A stretch of 64,000 bases of DNA from an uncultured Omnitrophica bacterium (lineage in GTDB: Bacteria > Omnitrophota > Gorgyraeia > JACQQV01): the NCBI GenBank assembly GCA_947085655.1, contig CAMTXH010000003.1, positions 29,850 to 93,849 on the forward strand. The letters run 5' to 3'. Positions within the stretch are counted from its first letter, which is position 1. The number at the start of each line of letters is the position of its first letter. Shown piece by piece: positions 58,867 to 64,000 of this stretch. The position numbers and the translations under genes were made by a program. The notes beneath the pieces are model-generated. The model had not been told where the DNA came from. It did no database searches and saw only the letters and a program-made list of their open reading frames with translations.

Positions 58867-60505
58867 AATTGCCCAAAAAAGCCATCCCCTTCAAATTACG
58901 GAGATTGCCAAATCCCTCAGTCTCAGACTGGAAGAAATTTCCACCCAAGGCCCCCACAAGGCCAAGGTCTCCCTGGATGTCCTGACCCGCCTTAAAAGCC
59001 GTCCGAACGGAAAATTGATTGTGGTCACCGCCATCACCCCAACACCGCAGGGCGAGGGAAAGACCTGCACCTCCATTGCCCTGACCCAGGCCCTCGGCAA
59101 ACTCGGGAAGCGGGCGATGGTCTGCATCCGTCAGCCGTCCCTTGGACCGACCTTCGGGATCAAGGGGGGAGGGACCGGCGGCGGGTATGCGCAGCTTGTT
59201 CCGATGGAAGAGATCAACCTCCATTTTACCGGCGATAACCACGCCGTGGAGTACGCCCACAACCTCCTGGCCAGCGTCATCGGAAATCATATGTTCCGGG
59301 GGAACGCTCTGAATCTTGACCCGGAGCGGGTTCTCTGGCGCCGGGTGATTGATGTGCCGGACCGGGAACTCCGGAATTTTTTCGTCGAGGTCAAAGAAAA
59401 AGGGAAGAAGGTCAAACGTCCCACCGGATTCGACATCACCGCCTCGAGTGAGGTGATGGCGATTCTGGCTTTGGCGAGTGATTTAAAGGATTTGTCGGAG
59501 CGGCTGGCGCGGATTGTCATCGGCTTCACCGATGACGGAAAGCCGGTCACCGTTTCTGACCTCAAACTGGAGGGGGCGCTCACGCTCATCCTGCGCGATG
59601 CGGCAAGACCGAATCTCGTTCAAACACTCGAGGGACAGGGGGCGTTTGTTCATGCGGGGCCCTACGCGAACGTTGCCCACGGGAATTCGAGCGTCATCGC
59701 CACCCAGATGGCGCTCAAACTGGCGAATTATGTGGTAACCGAAAGCGGTTTCGGCTCGGACTTGGGTCTTGAGAAGTTCCTGAACATCGTCTGCCGGCAG
59801 GCCTCCTTCAAGCCGGATTGCATCATTTTGGTCTGCTCGGTCAAAGCCCTCCGGATTCAGGGGGGCGAGGAAAAGGGTTCCACCGATTCTTTGAAGGGGG
59901 GACTCCTCAACCTCAAGCGGCACATCGATAACATCCAGAAATTCGGTTTCAAACCGATTGTCTGCATCAACCGGTTTCAGGAGGACAAAGAGTGGGAGAT
60001 TCAGGAGGTCGTGACGTACAGCCGTTATCTGGGAATGCCGGTTGCTGTCAGCGAGGGATATGCCAAGGGGTCGAAGGGGGCGATGGAGTTGGCGGAACGG
60101 GTGCTTGCGGCGATTCAGGAAAACGGAAGCCGTTTCCAGTTTTTGTATCCATCGGAACTTCCCCTTAACCAAAAAATAGAACGGCTTGCCAAGGAACTTT
60201 ACGGAGCCAAGTCGGTCCGGTATTCCCCCAAGGCGGAGCAGGCCCTTTCGGAACTGACAAAACTTGGATTCGGGCATCTTCCGGTGAATATGGCGAAGAC
60301 GCATCTTTCTTTTACGGATGACCCGAAGGTGAAGGGGGTACCCACCGGCTGGTCGCTCCGGGTACAGGAGCTCCGGGTCGCTGCGGGAGCCGGTTTCATC
60401 AATTGCATTGTCGGCAACATGCTCCTTCTGCCCGGGCTTCCCGAACATCCGATTGCCCAGCAAATCACGGTTGACGGCTCCGGAAAAATCAAAGGGCTCT
60501 TCTGA
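58850..60505 (+). CDS. fhs: formate--tetrahydrofolate ligase
   Basis: The product starts MQTSIEIAQ...PI.EIA. It is about 551 aa and belongs to the FTHFS family. The ORF-track start at 58706 overlaps rnhB and is rejected. Confidence 0.95.
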   Translation: MQTSIEIAQKSHPLQITEIAKSLSLRLEEISTQGPHKAKVSLDVLTRLKSRPNGKLIVVTAITPTPQGEGKTCTSIALTQALGKLGKRAMVCIRQPSLGPTFGIKGGGTGGGYAQLVPMEEINLHFTGDNHAVEYAHNLLASVIGNHMFRGNALNLDPERVLWRRVIDVPDRELRNFFVEVKEKGKKVKRPTGFDITASSEVMAILALASDLKDLSERLARIVIGFTDDGKPVTVSDLKLEGALTLILRDAARPNLVQTLEGQGAFVHAGPYANVAHGNSSVIATQMALKLANYVVTESGFGSDLGLEKFLNIVCRQASFKPDCIILVCSVKALRIQGGEEKGSTDSLKGGLLNLKRHIDNIQKFGFKPIVCINRFQEDKEWEIQEVVTYSRYLGMPVAVSEGYAKGSKGAMELAERVLAAIQENGSRFQFLYPSELPLNQKIERLAKELYGAKSVRYSPKAEQALSELTKLGFGHLPVNMAKTHLSFTDDPKVKGVPTGWSLRVQELRVAAGAGFINCIVGNMLLLPGLPEHPIAQQITVDGSGKIKGLF

Positions 60506-61110
60506 TGAAACGCTACGCCGAAAAACGGATCTCCGATTTTCTGGAAGATTTGAGTTCCCATGCCTCGGTCCCGGGCGGCGGAAGTGCGGCGGCTTTTTCC
60601 GGGGCGCTGGGTGCTTCTCTCCTCAGCATGGTCGCCCATTTTTCCGGGGCAAAGGGTTCCAGCCGGCGGCGGAAAGAGATCAAGGAGCTCCTTTTGGAAA
60701 CATACCGGATCCGCGATGAACTGGTGAAATTAGTGGATGAGGATGCGGAAAGTTACAAAGAGGTCACCCGGGCCCAGCGCTCGGCCAAACTTTTGGCGCA
60801 TCAGAAATCACGCGTGAAAATATTAAGGGAAGCCCACCGGAAGGCCACCGCAAGCAGCTTTAGTATCTGCCAGGCCTCCCACCGGGGCCTTCGGATCGGA
60901 AGACGACTCCTTCGAATCGGAAATGAGCGGCTTGAAAGCGATACCCGGGGAGCCATTTTTTTTCTCTCGGCCGGTTTCAAGGCGGCCTATTTGATGACAG
61001 AGGAGAATCTTCGCTGGATGAAGGACCCCCCGGCGGCAAAAAAGACGAAACGGATGCTTTCCTCCATCCGTTCGGAAGTTTCAAGAATTCTTAAGGCGGC
61101 TGACAAATAA
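60505..61110 (+). CDS. cyclodeaminase/cyclohydrolase family protein (FTCD_C-like; putative methenyl-THF cyclohydrolase)
   Basis: The hallmark SHASVPGGGSAAAFSGALGASLL is present. It is flanked by fhs and folD. Confidence 0.75.
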   Translation: MKRYAEKRISDFLEDLSSHASVPGGGSAAAFSGALGASLLSMVAHFSGAKGSSRRRKEIKELLLETYRIRDELVKLVDEDAESYKEVTRAQRSAKLLAHQKSRVKILREAHRKATASSFSICQASHRGLRIGRRLLRIGNERLESDTRGAIFFLSAGFKAAYLMTEENLRWMKDPPAAKKTKRMLSSIRSEVSRILKAADK

Positions 61111-61111
61111 A

Positions 61112-61981
61112 ATGAAAAAAACAGTTCTGCTAAAAGGCGGAAAGATAGCCGACCGTATCTTCGAATCGCTGAGGGAGGAGGTAGCGGTCCTGCGTCGAAA
61201 GACTGGGAAGGTTCCGACACTCGCCAATATCCGGATCGGGGAAAATTACTCCGTCGCTCTTTACGAAAAGGCCCAAAAAAGGCGTGCGGAAGCGATCGGG
61301 ATCGGTTACAGGGGGTATCATCTCGGAGCCGGAACGACCCAGACGGGGATTGAACGGCTGATTCACCGTCTCAACCGGGAGTCTGCGGTCAACGGCATTG
61401 TTTTGCAGGTGCCGCTTCCGAAACAACTGGACCCGAGAAAAACGATTTATGCGATAGACCCAAGAAAAGATATCGAAGGGATCCATCCGGTCAATCTGGG
61501 CAAGGCGATTCTCGGAAGGGAGGAATACGGCTCCTGCACCGCCATTGCCATTATGGAACTTCTCAAGTCCTATCATGTGAAACTGTACGGAAAAGAAGCG
61601 GTGATCATCGGATCGAGCGATGTGGTGGGGAAGCCGACGAGTCTGATGCTGGCCGACGCTTTCGCCACAACCACCATCTGCCATATTGCGACCACGGAAC
61701 GGGGAAATTTGAAATCCCACGTCCAGAATGCCGAAATCCTCGTGGCCGCGGCGGGAAAGCCGTATCTGGTCAAAGGGAGCTGGATCCGGAAGGGGGCAGT
61801 GGTGATTGATGTCGGGATCAATCATTATCAGGGTCGGCTCGTAGGGGATGTCGAATTTGAGACGGCCCAAAAGAGGGCCTCCTACATTACCCCGGTTCCG
61901 GGCGGCGTCGGCCCTGTCGTTCCCGCCATCCTCATGCGCAAACTCGTTGCCGTCTTCAAGGCACAACTTTCAAGGACGTAG
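61112..61981 (+). CDS. folD: bifunctional methylene-THF dehydrogenase / methenyl-THF cyclohydrolase
   Basis: The 289-aa product belongs to the FolD family. Confidence 0.95.
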   Translation: MKKTVLLKGGKIADRIFESLREEVAVLRRKTGKVPTLANIRIGENYSVALYEKAQKRRAEAIGIGYRGYHLGAGTTQTGIERLIHRLNRESAVNGIVLQVPLPKQLDPRKTIYAIDPRKDIEGIHPVNLGKAILGREEYGSCTAIAIMELLKSYHVKLYGKEAVIIGSSDVVGKPTSLMLADAFATTTICHIATTERGNLKSHVQNAEILVAAAGKPYLVKGSWIRKGAVVIDVGINHYQGRLVGDVEFETAQKRASYITPVPGGVGPVVPAILMRKLVAVFKAQLSRT

Positions 61982-61984
61982 ATA

Positions 61985-62848
61985 TTGAAGATCAGCGAAA
62001 TTCTGAAAAAGCGGAATGAAGGCGTTTCGTTTGAATATTTCCCGCCGAGGACAGAGCAAGGCAAAAAATCATTCCTTGAAACGATCGAAGCCCTGAAGGT
62101 TTACAATCCCCTTTATGTCTCTATGACCTGCGGCGCAGGGGGGTCCGGGGCCTGGGACAGAACCGAAGGCGCCGTGGACCTTCTCTTGGAAAAAACAAAA
62201 TGGGTCGTGATGCCGCATGTGACCTGCATGGGGATCCGAAGGGAAGAGGTAAAGGGTCTTTTGGACCGGTACCAAGAAAAGGGGATTGAGAATTTAATGG
62301 TTTTGCGGGGGGACCCCCCGCGGGACGGAACGCCGTTTGATCCCTCCATCCGGGAATTCCGTTATGCGGTTGACCTTGTCTCCTTTGTCAAAGAGTACGG
62401 ACATTTTTGCATGGGAGTTGCGGTCTATCCGGAAGGCCACCTGGAGACCGGCTCCCTCAAGGAGGATCTGGAACATGCGAAGGCCAAGATCGACAGGGGG
62501 GCCGACTTTGCCATCACCCAGATGTTCTTTGACAATACCTATTATTACCGGATGCTCGACCGGATGAAGAAGGAGGGGATTACGATTCCGGTTTTGCCCG
62601 GGATTTTACCTTTGGCGGATGTGGCGAAGGTGAAACAATTTGCCTCCATCTGCCGGGCCACGATTCCCAAGGAAATCGAGGAAAAGATGGAGCGGCTGAA
62701 GGCGAATCCGGCCGAAATGGAAAAAGCGGGGCTTGATTTTACCATACGGCAGTGCCGCGATCTTCTCAAAAACGGGATCCGGAGGGTGCATTTCTATACG
62801 TTGAACAAATTTCAGGTGACAAAAACGGTCCTGGATGCAATCCTTTAG
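61985..62848 (+). CDS. metF: methylenetetrahydrofolate reductase
   Basis: The 287-aa product is a MetF-family TIM barrel. It has a TTG start. Confidence 0.9.
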   Translation: MKISEILKKRNEGVSFEYFPPRTEQGKKSFLETIEALKVYNPLYVSMTCGAGGSGAWDRTEGAVDLLLEKTKWVVMPHVTCMGIRREEVKGLLDRYQEKGIENLMVLRGDPPRDGTPFDPSIREFRYAVDLVSFVKEYGHFCMGVAVYPEGHLETGSLKEDLEHAKAKIDRGADFAITQMFFDNTYYYRMLDRMKKEGITIPVLPGILPLADVAKVKQFASICRATIPKEIEEKMERLKANPAEMEKAGLDFTIRQCRDLLKNGIRRVHFYTLNKFQVTKTVLDAIL

Positions 62849-62862
62849 TGGAGGCCATCAGG

Positions 62863-62979
62863 GTTGCCTCCGCTTGCCGCTCGCTTCGATGACGCATCTT
62901 TGCTCGCTGTGGAGAAAATCCGCCGCGACACTGGATCGCGGTTTGGGATGCGTCGGATTTTCTACAGTCGCGCCGGCAA
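62863..62979 (+). repeat. 117-nt conserved structured element, copy 2, enclosed by different inverted flanks CCATCAGGG / CCCTGATGG
   Basis: It is 115/117 identical to copy 1. It lies between metF and gcvT. Confidence 0.7.
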
Positions 62980-63008
62980 TCCCTGATGACCTCCTTAAAG
63001 GACAAGCG

Positions 63009-64000
63009 ATGCAGATGAGGGAACAGCTGAAAAAAACCTCCCTTTATGAACGGCACCTCCGGCTCGGGGCAAAGATGATGCCGTTCGGCGGTTTTTCGAT
63101 GCCGATTCAGTACACCAGCATCACCGAAGAACACCTCGCGACCCGGAAAAAAGCGGGCCTTTTTGACCTCTCCCACATGGGGGAGTTCGTTTTGATGTCA
63201 ACCGGTGCTTCCGAATTTTTGTCACGGATCACCACCGGGGACCCTGAAAAAATGCCGGAGGGGACGACGTTATATACCCTCTTTTGTAACCCGCAGGGCG
63301 GGGTGGTGGATGATCTGATTGTTTACCGGCTGGAAAAGGAGCGTTTTATGCTGGTGGTCAATGCCGCAAACATCCAGAAGGATTTTAAATGGGTCGAGGA
63401 GAATCTCGGGCGGGATGGGGTCCGTTTTGAAAATATCAGCGACACCATTGCCCTGATCGCCCTTCAGGGGCCGATGGCCGAGACGATTTTCCGGGACAGT
63501 CCTTACCATGATGGAGCGAACCTGAAACGGAACCAGTTTCTCGAGTTTGAGACGGAAGATGCAAAAGTGCTTGTTTCACGGACCGGATACACTGGAGAGG
63601 ACGGCTTCGAACTTTATACCTCTTCGCGATTTGCCCCGAAGGTCTGGGATGCGCTTATGGAAAAGGGTAAACGCTTTGGTCTCCTGCCGGTTGGTTTGGG
63701 AGCAAGGGATACCCTCCGGCTTGAGGCGCGTCTTCCTTTGTACGGTCATGAATTGGATGAGGACATAACCCCTTTCGAAGCAGGAATCGGTTGGACAGTC
63801 GCCCTTGATAAGGAAGATTTTATCGGAAAAAAAGCACTCCTCCAGCAGAAGGAAAGGGGAGTTCGAAGGGTCCTGGCCGGTTTTGAAATGCTGGAACAGG
63901 GGATTCCGCGGCAGGGATGTGCCATTTGGAAGGAAAAAATCATCGGCGCGGTCACCAGCGGGACTTTTTCCCCTTTTTTTAAGAAAAATATCGGACTCGG
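63009..64000 (+). CDS. gcvT: glycine cleavage system aminomethyltransferase T, 3'-truncated at window edge
   Basis: The product starts MQMREQLKKTSLYERHLRLGAKMMPFGGFSMPIQY and belongs to the GcvT family. The frame is open to the end of the window and is not listed in the ORF track. Confidence 0.9.
   Translation, partial: MQMREQLKKTSLYERHLRLGAKMMPFGGFSMPIQYTSITEEHLATRKKAGLFDLSHMGEFVLMSTGASEFLSRITTGDPEKMPEGTTLYTLFCNPQGGVVDDLIVYRLEKERFMLVVNAANIQKDFKWVEENLGRDGVRFENISDTIALIALQGPMAETIFRDSPYHDGANLKRNQFLEFETEDAKVLVSRTGYTGEDGFELYTSSRFAPKVWDALMEKGKRFGLLPVGLGARDTLRLEARLPLYGHELDEDITPFEAGIGWTVALDKEDFIGKKALLQQKERGVRRVLAGFEMLEQGIPRQGCAIWKEKIIGAVTSGTFSPFFKKNIGL

Overview
This is a 64 kb, GC-rich (roughly 55-60%) bacterial chromosomal segment that is almost entirely coding and mostly on the + strand. 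The signal peptides, lipoboxes, LysM domains and an outer-membrane barrel gene indicate a Gram-negative organism.

Gene content is dominated by housekeeping functions:
- Chaperonins and nucleotide metabolism: coaX (5' partial), groES-groEL-groES, a CBS-less IMPDH-family gene, guaA.
- Replication and translation: dnaE, HU, hisS, aspS, phoH-ybeY-dgkA(PAP2 fusion)-recO, glyQ, glyS, gatCAB, ctpA, tsaD, polA, coaE, rho, rpmE, prfA, prmC, murA, rpsP, trmD, rplS, rnhB.
- Central metabolism and regulation: ppdK, a sigma-70 family sigma factor, an ECF sigma with its anti-sigma.
- Surface and glycosylation: an FkbM methyltransferase / GT2 / tRNA-Arg(CCU) / TPR-membrane glycosyltransferase-like cluster, an outer-membrane barrel protein, a type IV pilin.
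- Three - strand genes: a CDP-alcohol phosphatidyltransferase, myo-inositol-1-phosphate synthase, and a GAF/HD-GYP protein.
- One-carbon folate block: fhs, an FTCD_C cyclohydrolase-like gene, folD, metF, gcvT (3' partial), plus queD-folE-YjbQ nearby.

The observations most worth a second look are:
- Two near-identical 117-nt intergenic elements (29402-29518 and 62863-62979). Each is closed by a different but self-complementary flanking stem, which looks like covariation in a structured RNA or a hairpin-targeting miniature element.
- A recurring intergenic motif, ACTTTCGAAAACGTCCC with core GAAAACGTCCC, upstream of three unrelated genes. One copy sits in a 20-bp stem directly after the aspS stop.
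- A bactofilin-HTH fusion, a second HTH protein, a type IV pilin behind a long structured leader with c-di-GMP-riboswitch-like (GEMM) motifs, and a 955-aa TPR/coiled-coil secreted protein (44243-48797).
- A periplasmic His/Arg/Asp-repeat protein overlapping an ECF sigma / anti-sigma pair.
- A 7-nt tandem repeat inside prmC and an rnhB whose catalytic motif lies upstream of any canonical start codon.

No CRISPR array, rRNA or transposase was seen.
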